Shown here: positions 52,253 to 64,000 of the stretch, one piece after another | Numbering within the stretch: position 1 is the stretch's first letter | Layout of the letters: every line of letters begins with the position of its first letter | Source: Proteromonas lacertae | Lineage: Eukaryota | Direction of reading: 5' to 3' | DNA: 64,000 nucleotides | Assembly (NCBI GenBank): GCA_002245135.1 | Contig: NGBS01000320.1 | Span: forward strand, 1-64,000 | The notes under the pieces: generated by a model | Told to the model about the DNA's origin: nothing | The model's database searches: none | What the model saw: only the letters and a program-made list of their open reading frames with translations | Made by a program: the position numbers and the translations under genes

Positions 52253-54502
52253 TTACTCCATCATCATCAACTCTATTAGCTTCTTATTAATCTCAATTAC
52301 TTCATCTTTAAAACTTGATATGGAACTATTTACATAGTATATAGTTTTTTCATCAGGTTTTATTCTTCTATTCATTATTTCATCCACCAATATCTTTATT
52401 TCATCAACTTTTTTCTTTTCTGAATAATATTCCAACATTGTATTATAATTCAATATTGTACAATATATGTTATTATCAACACAATATTTGAATAATTCAT
52501 TTGCTTTACTCTCTTCATTTTCTTTCATATAATATCTCAACAAAACATCTAAACTCAAACTTCCCATCTTTATCAACTTGTTATTATGAAGATTCTTATA
52601 TATAACAATAGGATTTGGTGAAACTTTCAAGAAATAAGAAAACAACAAGTCACTAACAACAACTTGGTATTTAAGTGAAAAATCTAACTGATTCATTATA
52701 AAATTAAGTGATTGTTTTGTATTTATTGCAGCAGGGACGTAACTTTCTAGTAATATTGTTAAAGGATAAGTTCTTTGTAATCTTATATGATTATAAAGTC
52801 TTTCACATAAATCAAATCTATTTCTTAAACTACATTCATTCATTATTTCTTTATATTGTGAAAGTAATAATTTATATTTCTTTGTTTCAAATATGGAGAG
52901 TAATTCTATAAACTTTGACCAATCAGGTTTCTTGTCCGTTTTACTTGGAATTGAAGCAAGAAATGCTATTCCATTTAATCCATGACAGTTCATTAAATCA
53001 TTATTACTTAGAGTATAATATATTTTCAATATTTCATCATTATATTTCTCATTATTATATAATATTAATAATAGTTCGTAATATTGAATTGAAGTTAAAA
53101 CTATATCATTTTCTGACAAAAGCTTGATGGCTTGATCTATATTACCAATCAAAGCAGATAATTGAATATATAATTGTTGGAATTGTCTTGGCAAATTCGT
53201 CTCTTTATCCAACACTTTCACTAAAATATCATAAGCAATTTGATACTTCTTATCTTTTATTAATAACTGACATAATGTTAAAATGCTATTGGTTGGAACT
53301 GCAATTTTATTTGATTTACATATTTCATATAAAAACAAACTAATATTTGATTGATAAGGTAATGTTATATTATTAATAAACTGAGTAATTGAATTAGAAG
53401 GATTGAATAAATTTGGACTACATAACGACTTTATTTTCAATAAGAATTCATCTGGAACAATAGCATTAGATCTTATTATTGCATTAAATAAATCAGTAAA
53501 TGGATAAACTTCACTATTTTTGAATAATTGTAATATATAATCAAATCGATCACATTTCAATGCAAATTCAAATATTCTACTCAAACCATCACTTGATATT
53601 AATGGAAATATTTTTGTATAATTTTCTCCAATTTCTTTATATATATTATCCATTATCCAAAACATCTTTATTGAAATAGGAAAATGCTTTTCTTTAGTAA
53701 AATCTATATACAGAATATAACATGTTACATATTGCTTATGTTTATATAATGATTGAATTATATTAATATAAACATCTCCATCAAGGAAAATACTGAAAGA
53801 ATGAATGTGTTTAATTAACATTATTAGAATGTCTGATGATATATTATTAATCGTTATTATGTGTTGAAATATTAATTGATATTCAAATGGTCTTAAAACA
53901 ACTCCTTCGTTGTTCATTTCGTAAATTATTTGCTTTATATAAGGCCATGAGGTTTCATGATTAGTTGTCATTAGTATTGGGTAATATAAACATTTTGGAA
54001 CTATCTGTTTGTTGGACAACAAACAATTGTATAATGTTGATAGTTGATTTCTGTCTTTACTGATTAATTTACATAAATAGGTGGATGATTCTGTTGTTAT
54101 TTGATGAGAATAGGATATATATCCTCTGAATAATGCATATGCTGAAGGAGAATCTGGAATTAGTTTCTGAGACGCTATTTTCAGTAATTCACTATTTTTA
54201 ATTTTTGGATTTGGTAATGTATAATGGAAAAATGAAGGGTAAGCATTTGGCTGTAAGTGCGTTAAGACCTTTTCATAATCTGACTGTTTGAAACTATTAG
54301 CTTGTGATTCTAAATACTCTCCTATATTTTTTATATTTAATTTATCAAATTTTAATGGATTTGGAGTAGAAGAAAAACAAACTTGGTTATATGTAGTACA
54401 TATGATAGGAATATTTCTTTTAATTGCATCTATATAAGTAATATTTCAATACATACTTGTTTTCAGCACTCTTAAAGCAATGGATGGCACAGATTTCAAC
54501 AT
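52253..54502 (-). CDS. Pentatricopeptide repeat (PPR)-like protein with predicted mitochondrial/MRO targeting peptide
   Basis: N-terminus MLKSVPSIALRVLKT-NAIKRN (27-nt intron) and helical ~35-aa repeats. The clearest repeat is NYNTMLEYYSEKKKVDEIKILVDEIMNRRIKPDEKT. Confidence 0.75.
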
Positions 54503-54582
54503 GAAAATATTCAAACAAGTTCGATTATGAGGATGGATCAAATCGAGTTATTACAGTTTATTTTGAAAACTAGCTGTTGATA

Positions 54583-55428
54583 ATGCCAGAAAGTAGAAAT
54601 AGCGCAGATTTGGTTGTAGAATACGTTGATAAAGTTGAAGAAATAATCAACTTAGCTAAAACTGTAGATAAAAAGAAAGCAGTATAAAATCTGAAAAACT
54701 ATTTTTTAGACTGAACATATTAGAAAAACTAAACACACACTAGTTCATGAATACATTGATCTGATATATGATTTGGCTTTATCCATCCCTAATGTATTTT
54801 TCATCTTGTAATATTTCTATAGTTTGAAGGTGAACAAAGTGACATAATAACAAAACCACGTAAAGTATATAAAAAACCATGTAATGAATTCAAATGTAAA
54901 AAGACAGTATAATTATTCATTTTTATATTCTAGCCATCTCAGTATAAAGATTTACCATCTCATTCATCATCTGATTCAAGTAGTACAACAGTTAAGTCAT
55001 GTGGTGATATAGATAGATTTGATAGAGAAGAAAAAGATAGAATTGAGTGGAATACTGATATGTATATAACATCACAACAAATAAAAAATAAAACATACAT
55101 ACCTAAAACATACTCCCATCATTTATCTAATAAGCAAAAGTTTGGAGGTAAACAAATAAAGTATTATCCTTCTGATTATTTCAAAGAGAAGTATTTATAT
55201 CCTTATCCAACATATACATCTTATTTGGAAAATGAACCAACTAAAAAACCAAAAGAAATACCAAAAGAACTTCACAGAAGAGAATTAAACTGTGGAAGTA
55301 CTTTTGAACCATACTTAGAAAATCAAACAGAATTTCCATGTAGTATGAAGAATTCTGGATGTTTAAGAGAGGATAAATATTACATTCCACAAATATTGAA
55401 GGATAATAGAAAACAATTTAAAATATAA
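54583..55428 (+). CDS. Hypothetical protein, multi-exon
   Basis: ATG at 54583 (MPESRNSADLVVEYVDK). Three GT-AG introns of about 30 nt lead into ORF 55060-55428. Confidence 0.6.
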
Positions 55429-55585
55429 TTAGTACTTTAATTTAATGTAATTTAATATTTTATATATGAATGTTGTCGTTGAAAAAATATATCAATATAC
55501 CATTCTAATAAGAAAAGTCAAAATAGATTTTATCAAGCCGAAAAACTTGATATGAAATTTTAATTTAAAACAGAAGAGTTAATAG

Positions 55586-58500
55586 ATGTTAAACCAATGT
55601 GCAGAGAATGTAAATAACTCTATCATCCCTCAGAAAAGGAAACGAGACGATATAATGACCAAAAGCGAATCATTAACTCCTCTTTTGAAGAAAACAGTTC
55701 CAGTTGATGGGTAATAATATCATTAATATATATAAATAGTATTATTCTGGATATGGCAGGTAAAGGTTCAGGAGATGTGTGTTTTCTTGTAAGAGGAGAA
55801 AGAATACTTGGAGTAAAATCAATTTTAGAATATAGCAATTCAACATTAAAAGATTTAATAGAATCTAACGGCACAGCTCACAATCCAATCATTCTTGATC
55901 CGTTGATAAGTCCAGAAGGGTTTAAGAATTTGTTAAAGTATTATGGATATGTAAGTCCTCAATTGAACCAAAATACAATTGTTGACACACTTATTACAAC
56001 AATTCACTTTAATGAACCTAAACTATTTGCCACCTGTCTTCAATATTTCTCAGACAATATAGACAATGACATTATTCAACAAGTTTTACATTTAAAAAAC
56101 GATTTGGTGGATGGAGAATTGAAAAATATACTGTTGAAAGAAGTGGATAGAATAATCAATTTAAACAAGAATATATCAATAGAAGAAAGTATATAATTAT
56201 TCTCATTATATTATTAAATAGTACTAAATCAATGTACAACATTAGATGCAATAAACCATGTATTAGAATATGAAAATTTAAGTGTTCCAAGTGAATCAAT
56301 TCTAATAGAAAAGTTGTTTGATATTTACTATAAATGTGTAGAAAAAGAACCATATAGAAAAGATGAATATTTGATATTTCTACGTGAAATCGCCTGTAAT
56401 ATCAACTGGAGAGTGGAAGAAAATACAAAAGTGAAATATATTAAATTATTAGGAAATTTTGATCATATTTATAATGAAAGTTTAAAGAGAAATATTAAAA
56501 GGAATTATTGTCAAGTTCATGTCAAGACTTCTGATCCATTAAGTAATCATAATAGTAATAATAATATATTAAACCAACAGTTATTACAGCAGCAGCAACA
56601 ACAACAACAACCTCCTCCATTATCCTCACAATCACAATCACATCGACAATCATTAGCTTATGAATATGATAACAATTTTTACTCTTCTAACCCAAACATG
56701 TTTGTCACATCTAATACTACTTCCAATACTGTTAATAATAATAATAATAATAATGACAGAAAATTTAATCTTTATAATAACAATGATAATTATGATGATG
56801 ATGATGAGGAGGAGGAGGAGGAAGAAGAAGAAGAAGAAGAACATGATGATGATGATGATGATGAATATTCCAACAATCGAACTTCAATTTTTAAAAACTC
56901 CAAGTCAATACCAATATTTCAAAATAGAAATTATTCAGCTAATACTAATCAATATAATAATAATAATAATAATAATAATCTAAACAATCAAAAAGATGAT
57001 AGAAGAAAGTCAATAACAAACAACAACAACAACAACAGTCAATATAATAATAATTTATCTGATAATGAACCGTTCTATAATAGAAGACCAGCATCACTAC
57101 TATATCAACAACAACAACAACAATTAATTCAACCTATTGTATCACATGGCATTAGTAATAATAATATAAATAAATCGATATATAATGATGATTTAATAGA
57201 TGAAGAAACTGAACCAGAACCTGAATCTCCATATAGTGAAGGTACTCCGTTGAACTATCCAATTACTGATTATGAGACTGATATTGAAATGAAGAATAAG
57301 AATAATAAACAAAGACAACAACAAAATACAGTTATTCCAATCTATGATGTTGAAGATGATGAATTAGATAATAAGAATAAATCAAAGAGATTATCTAATG
57401 GAATAGAATTGGGAATAAGAAGAGAAGGTAATTATTTAATTCCACCATCTACATTTATCAATAAACCTCTTACACCTGATCGAAATAGAATTGTTAAAGA
57501 AAAAGACTTTAATTCTTCAGAATATGAAGAATCAGATGATGAATCAGATTCAGAAAGAGAAAGTGATGATGATTTACTTAGAAAGGAAATTAAATCAAAA
57601 ATAATGAAGAATCAAAAGCTAAGGAATGATAATTCTGAGTTTATTAAACCAAATTCAATATTTAAACAATCGGCATTACAACCAAAACAATCGAAAGTAC
57701 AACCGCAACAATCTCCACCACCTCCACAACAACAACAACCAATAGAATCAAATCATTCATCTCATAGAAAGCAATCACATCGTAAAACAAAACCAGTAAA
57801 ACATCAAAAACAACAGTCACCACCACCACCACTAACACTAGTTCAATCTGCATTACCTAAACAAATTCATACACTTCAAAATGAGAATCTTTTAGTATCA
57901 TCTCCACAATCTCAATCATCTTATTCATCATCTTCACCACCACTTGCACCATCAAAATACATACCTAAAAAAAGAAGAAAGAAAATTTTACCACCACAAC
58001 AAATTATTATACAGCAGAAAGAGATAGAACAACAAACACTGGATATGCTTCAAACAGGAAAAATACATCCTAAAAGAAAGAGAAAAAATAGTATTGAAGC
58101 AGAAAAGATATCTTTAAAACCACCACAACCTATTACGAAAGTGTTACCTATTGTTTCTCAATATTCAGTCCTTCAGTCACAACCAACAAGTAGTGATGTT
58201 ATTGATGATGAAATAGAGGAAGAAGAAGAAGAGACAGAAGAGGAAGGTGTAAATATGAAAGAAAAAGAAGAACTTAATACTCAAAATAATCAGAATAAAT
58301 TTAATCCTAAAATGGAGAAAGAAGAACCAATTTCAGAAGGAAATGATGAAGAAGAAATAGCAAAAGAAAAAGAAATAATCAAAGAGAAGGAAATTGTAAA
58401 AGAGAATAAAAAGTCGCCAAAAGTTACATCTAAAACAATACCCAAAACTGCAACAACAAAACCACAATCAAAAGCTCCTGGAAGAAAGAAATCATCAACC

Positions 58501-61500
58501 AAATCTCAGGTTAAGGAAATAGAAGAAGAAGAAGAGGAAGGGAAAAAAGTATCTAATGAATTAGAAATGGAAATAGAACCACTAGAAAAGACTGTCAAAT
58601 CAAATGAAAAAGAAAAGATAGTAGAAAAGACGAATGCTAAGAAAAGAGTATACAATAAGAAAAAGAAAGAAATAAAACCAGAAACTGAAGAAGAAGAAGA
58701 AGAAGAAACTCAAGATGAAGAAATAGAAGATAATAGTAATAATAATAATGAAAAAGATCAAGAAATATTAGAAAAATCAAACAACAAACCAAATACATTA
58801 TCGAAATCAAGAAGATCGTTGTATAACGAATCACCTGAAAGGCCAAAATCTAAACGAGTAAGTAGTATTGAACTAAATAAGAAACCTGAATATGATACAA
58901 GTGATGATGAAATAATTGTCAGAAGAAATACAATTCCTAAACAAAAAACGAATAGAAGAAGTAAATCTCTTAACACAACAAAAGAATTGAAAGATATAAA
59001 GGAAGTAGAAGATGAAAAAGAAAAAGAAAAAGAAAAAGAAAAAGAAAAAGAAAAAGAAAAAGAGGAAAAAGAAGAGGAAAAAGAAGAAGAAGTAGAAAAA
59101 GAAATAGAGAAAGATGTACTAATAAATCAGCCAAAACCAAAAGAAAAGAAAGTTAAAAAGGATGTTTCAAAAGCAAAAGAAACAACTGCAAAACCAACTA
59201 AACCTAAAGGTAGAAAAAGTAACAAAAGGAAGAAAGTTGTTAATGAAAATGATGATGATGATGATATTAAAAAACCAGTTAAACGAAAATCAACCAGTTT
59301 ACAAGCACAAAGAAAGAAGAAGAAATCTAAGTTTAATGTTTATGATAAATCTGATACTGAATCTGAAGATGATGATGATTTTGTACCAACTTCAATGAGT
59401 AGAGAAGATAAAAAGATGATTGACAAAATAGAATCACTTTTCAAAGTATCAGAACAAAAATCACAAAATGAGAATGAGAATGAGAATAATGTACATAATA
59501 ATGATGATGAATATGAACCAGAAGATTCTATTCCACCCAAACTACCACCCAAGCCAACAACTACTACCATTGTAACAAAGACAAAGACAAATAAAACACT
59601 AACAAATGATAACGTGACAGTAAAAGAAAAAGAAAAAATTCCAACAAAAGAAACAGTGAATGATAAAAAAGATGAATTAAAGGGAGAAGAAGAAGAAGAA
59701 GAAGAAGAAGAAAAGATAGAAAATACAATTGAAGAAACTGGAAAGCCAGTTGAAGAAAAGAAAGTAGATCTTACACCAGCAAAAGGTAATAATAATATTA
59801 ACAAGGAGAAAGAGAAAGAGAAAGATGAGGTTAATCCTCCACAAGAAGATACTCCCAATAGAACTCTGTTTAAATTAATGGCAGAAAAAGCAAAAAAGAC
59901 TAAATATACTTATGGATGTATAGTTCGAGATGAGGAATTTGATAAATCAAAAGAAGCTGATGAATCTGACAAAGTATTCAATACAATTAATCCAGTAATT
60001 GATGAAACAGAAAAAGAAAAAGAAAAGAAAAAGAAAAACAACAGCAATCTACAACAATTAGTAAATCGCCAGTTTTAACAATCACATCAAAGAAGAATGT
60101 AGTAATCAATAAGCCAATCTTTAGAAGCAAATTAAATCAAAAACAACCAATGTTGACTAGAATACCAAATAGTAAAGTCACATCTCAACCAAAACCAACT
60201 TCTCAATCTGCAAGAAAGATACTTAAGCCAACAATATCTCCAGATACATCATTAACAGATATACCACCTCCTTTACCTCCAAGAACTAAACTAATGGATA
60301 GAATGAAGGATAAAGAAACAAAATCGAAAGAATTAACACTATCTGAAACAAGTATGGAAGAATCAGATGATGATGATATAAATAAGAATAATACCAAACC
60401 AAAAACAACAGAATCTGGAACTACTCCAAAACAAGCTACATTTGAGAATAATGAAGGATTATTAAACAAAGATAAATCACCAAATGAATTGACAATTGAT
60501 AATATACTTCACAGAGAATCGATAATCAAATCAAAAAGTTCAAAATTAAATCAATCTAAAGAAACACCATCAAAAACTGCAAAGCCAATAACACCCATAC
60601 AATCTCTACCAAAATCAAAAGAAACACCGCCAAATCAAACTCCAACAAAAGGAAAAGAGACTAATTCTAAAGAATCTACACCAATAGATAGTAGTTCAAG
60701 TAGTAAAAAATCTATTAACAAGATAGTATCTCCAAAAGAATCAAATTCCAAAGAAACAACTCCAAATAGTAAAGAAATTACAACAAAACAATCCAATAGT
60801 GATGTGATTGGTAGAAAATCAATTACTATAGTTGTATCTCCAAGAGAAACATCATCAAAACCTACAACACCAAAAGATACTCCTCCAAAAGGTAAAGATT
60901 CAAATTCTAAACAATCAACACCAAAAGAAACAAGTAATAGTGAAACCAACAACAAGAAATCAATTGAAAAAGTCACTTCTCCAAGAGAATTAACAACAAC
61001 AAAGACAATAGGATGTAAAAGACCATTAATGAAAATACCAACACAAAAGATAACACAAAACAAAGAGAATAATAACAAGGAAATAGTATCAAATGAAAAA
61101 GACAAGCAAAAAGAAAAAGATAAGCAGTTTATATCTATTCAGCCATTGTTAAAAGCAGCATCCCAAGAAGATAAAGAAATTAATCAAATAATTAGTGAAA
61201 AGAATAAAGAAAGTGAAAAGAGGAAAGAAAAGGAGATATTAATAGAAAAAGAATTACCTCCTTATATTCAAAAACCCTTACCTCCATTACCAAAGCCAAA
61301 ACCGATTAATCCAATTCCAAATTTGCCCTCATTAATTCCACCAATACTTCCAACAAAAGAACCTGTAAAAACAACAACACTAGAGAAAGAAATAGTGAAA
61401 GAAAAGGATGTAGAAAAAGAGAAAGAAAAGGAGCTGCAAAAGGAGAAAGAGAAGAAAAAAGAATCAGAAAAAATGAAAGTAAATTCTCCCTCTGAATCTC

Positions 61501-64000
61501 ACTCACCTGATTCAAGAAGTCCATCTCCTAATAATATCTTCAGTAAATTTTTACCAAAATCAAATAAAAGTAAAAAAACAGTAAAATCATCATCATTATC
61601 ACTACCACCACCAGCACAACAACAACAACCAGTATCAGAATCTAATCCTCCTTCTCCTTCTCCACCACCACAACAGCAACAATCTCAAAATAATAGAAGA
61701 AATAGCAGTGTAATGTCACAACAATCACAACCAAAGTCATCAACACCTCCTCAAGATTCATCTTCAGAGATATTTGCTATAAACAAAAGAAGGAAAAATC
61801 CAATTGCAACTCCTTTCAAACCAACTCAAAATACAAATATATCCTCTTCTAAATCTTCAACTTCAACAATTTCACATACTCCACCAATGACAACTTTTAA
61901 ATCTTTATTGCAACCAACAATCCAACCATCATTTATTAACTCTCACCATATTACACAAACTGGAACACCCAATGATAGTAGTCAAATAACAGTTCCAAAA
62001 CCTCTTCATAGTAGTCAATTTCCTCCATCATCATCATCATCATCATCTGCAACTACTACTCCATCCACAACACCATCTACTAATTCAACATCAACATCAA
62101 CAACAAAATCAACTGCATTCTTTAATCTACCTCAACCAGCTATTCCAGTGATTGGTAAAAAGTCAAATATATTACAGAGTAGGTTAAAAAGAAATTCACT
62201 ACCATCAATTAGCTCAAATGCAATTGTTACATCGGCATTGAATATAACAAAACCAACAAATTTATCTCCGTCTTCATCATTATCACCAAATTTAACTTCT
62301 TCTAATTCCCCAATTGAATCACCATCTCAACCACCTTTAAATACATATACATTCTCTCCAAATCTCTCAAAAACAGATTTAACAAACACATCATTTGTTC
62401 CATCTTATTTATCACTTTCAAACCCTTCATCTCCTGCATTGCCTCCTACGTCACCTGCATTACCTCCTACATCTCCTACTTTTAATCCTTCAACACCATC
62501 AAGTCCATTCTTTTCTTCTAAAAATCTAAATAAAGACAGTAGTAATAATATTAACAACATTCAATCATCATCAACGAATTCAATGAATTCTCCAATATTA
62601 TCACCAACAATTTCTCCACTTCTAGATGCTAATTCTCCTCCTATGAATATCGAAAAGTCATTACTTTTACCTGAAGCTATGACTTTTGAGGATTTAATCT
62701 CACAACCACCACCAACAGCAGTTAATACATCTTCTTCTTCAACACTATCTGTTAGTGAAACAACATCTACATCAGCATTACCAGATTCAATTATAAATAC
62801 AACTATAACAACAACAACTACTACTACTACTACAGATAATAATAATAACACCAATAAATCTAATAATTCTTCTTCTTCATTACCTTCAGCGACAAATGAA
62901 AATAATAATAATAATAATTCACAGTCAAATGCAATATCTTTATCACCATCAGTATCAAGAAAGAATTCAGAATCATTATCAATTCCAAATACACCAACAA
63001 CTCCTAATAGAAGACCAAGTGTAGCAGATATGGGAAGTCCATTAAGTCCACTCCCAAGTCTATTAAATGATAAAAAGATAAGTGATGATGAAGAATTCAA
63101 TGAATTGGTAATTAAATACTGTACAAAAGGCAATAATAAGTTTGAATTTGATGAAAATGATGTAGAAATATTGAATAGAATGTTTAATAACAATAATGGT
63201 CCAGCTATATCAATCAACCTTTCATTAAAGTGTATTTTGATAATGTTAATGTTTTATGTTAAGATGAAAAGACAATACAATCCAAAAGAAGTGGATAATT
63301 CAAAAGAAATAGTAAAATCTGATGAAAGTAGTATAATGGTATTAAAACACTTATTAAATCTACATAAACTAAAACCTCATCGTTTCTATAGTAATTGCTG
63401 GCCAAATTGTTTATTACCTTTCATGAAGAATCATATTAAAGATATATATCAAAGTGAAGGCATATCATTAATAGGTAAATTGCATTTGTTATATATTGAT
63501 ATAAATAATGACGCATATCAATATTATAAAGACATTAGAGAATGTTTGCATAGTAAAAGTGATTATGATCTTTTAGCCAATGAAATTAATGATAAAGATG
63601 AATTAAATGCAATATATCCATCATTACAACCATTACAAGATAAATTGTACGAAAAATGTTATATAATGGCTATAAATACAGTTTCTGTTATTGATGCACC
63701 TCCTAAAAGAACAAATTGTTTATACAGTATTCAACCTGATTTACCACCATTATGTCGATTGAAATGTAAAACTGGAGAAATTATATGTAAATCAGATGTA
63801 GTTATACAACCACAAGAATATACAGTTACTTGTGAGAATAACATTAGTAAAATTACATCAAAATTCAAACTAGAATTTAGAAGTATATATTTATAGATTA
63901 TTATTATTATTATTATTATTTATAGATTACTGTTTTCAAGAAAATCACAAAAGTGATGGTATTGACTTATCTAATAAAGGATTAATAATGACTTTAACAA
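55586..64000 (+). CDS. Very large protein with N-terminal BTB/POZ domain, long disordered region and C-terminal globular region; 3' end outside the window
   Basis: GDVCFLVRGERILGVKSILEYSNSTLKDLI...ISPEGFKNLLKYY is BTB-like. ORFs 56314-60078 and 60150-63896 join through a one-base slip in the (GAAAAA)n repeat near 60010-60040. Intron at about 63883-63925. Confidence 0.7.
59013..59062 (+). repeat. (GAAAAA)n coding minisatellite encoding poly-EK
   Basis: About 8 tandem GAAAAA units within the BTB protein. Confidence 0.85.

Noticed and set aside
1..64000. Prokaryotic origin or alternative nuclear genetic code
   Set aside because: Spliceosomal introns and eukaryote-specific genes occur throughout. 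Long exons translate cleanly with the standard code, and TAA, TAG and TGA all appear as terminal stops.

Overview
Very AT-rich, gene-dense eukaryotic nuclear DNA with about 22 protein-coding loci. Most introns are GT-AG and only about 25-40 nt long, intergenic gaps are often under 200 nt, and a TGTTTGTT motif recurs downstream of stop codons. This combination suggests a Blastocystis/Opalinata-type gut stramenopile (inference, not proven). Recognisable genes: IFT74, SNM1/DCLRE1A nuclease, an OGFr-domain protein, an MRH+EGF sorting receptor, glucosidase II beta, a Hobbit/BLTP2-like lipid-transfer protein, a Sig1/Ocm1-like mastigoneme EGF protein, a bHLH factor, an FtsX-like permease, a PurE-PurC fusion, a PA-domain SPPL protease, a papain-family protease, a PPR protein and a giant BTB/low-complexity protein. 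The most unusual items are: (1) two paralogous, divergent Hsp70/Hsp110 ATPase-domain genes with different C-termini, one carrying about 12 tandem Tudor/SH3-like repeats; (2) a 639-bp foldback transposon with ~283-bp inverted arms, TG...CA ends and a target-site duplication, inserted in a decayed ubiquitin-like/jacalin-like gene; (3) an intronless prokaryote-type C1A peptidase with a lectin-like domain next to it; (4) an unusually long 187-nt intron containing a nested hairpin; (5) flagellar and mastigoneme genes in a Blastocystis-like genome. Scattered single-base indels, including in housekeeping genes, probably reflect assembly errors, so pseudogene calls are tentative. All family assignments are by motif recognition; no database search was run.
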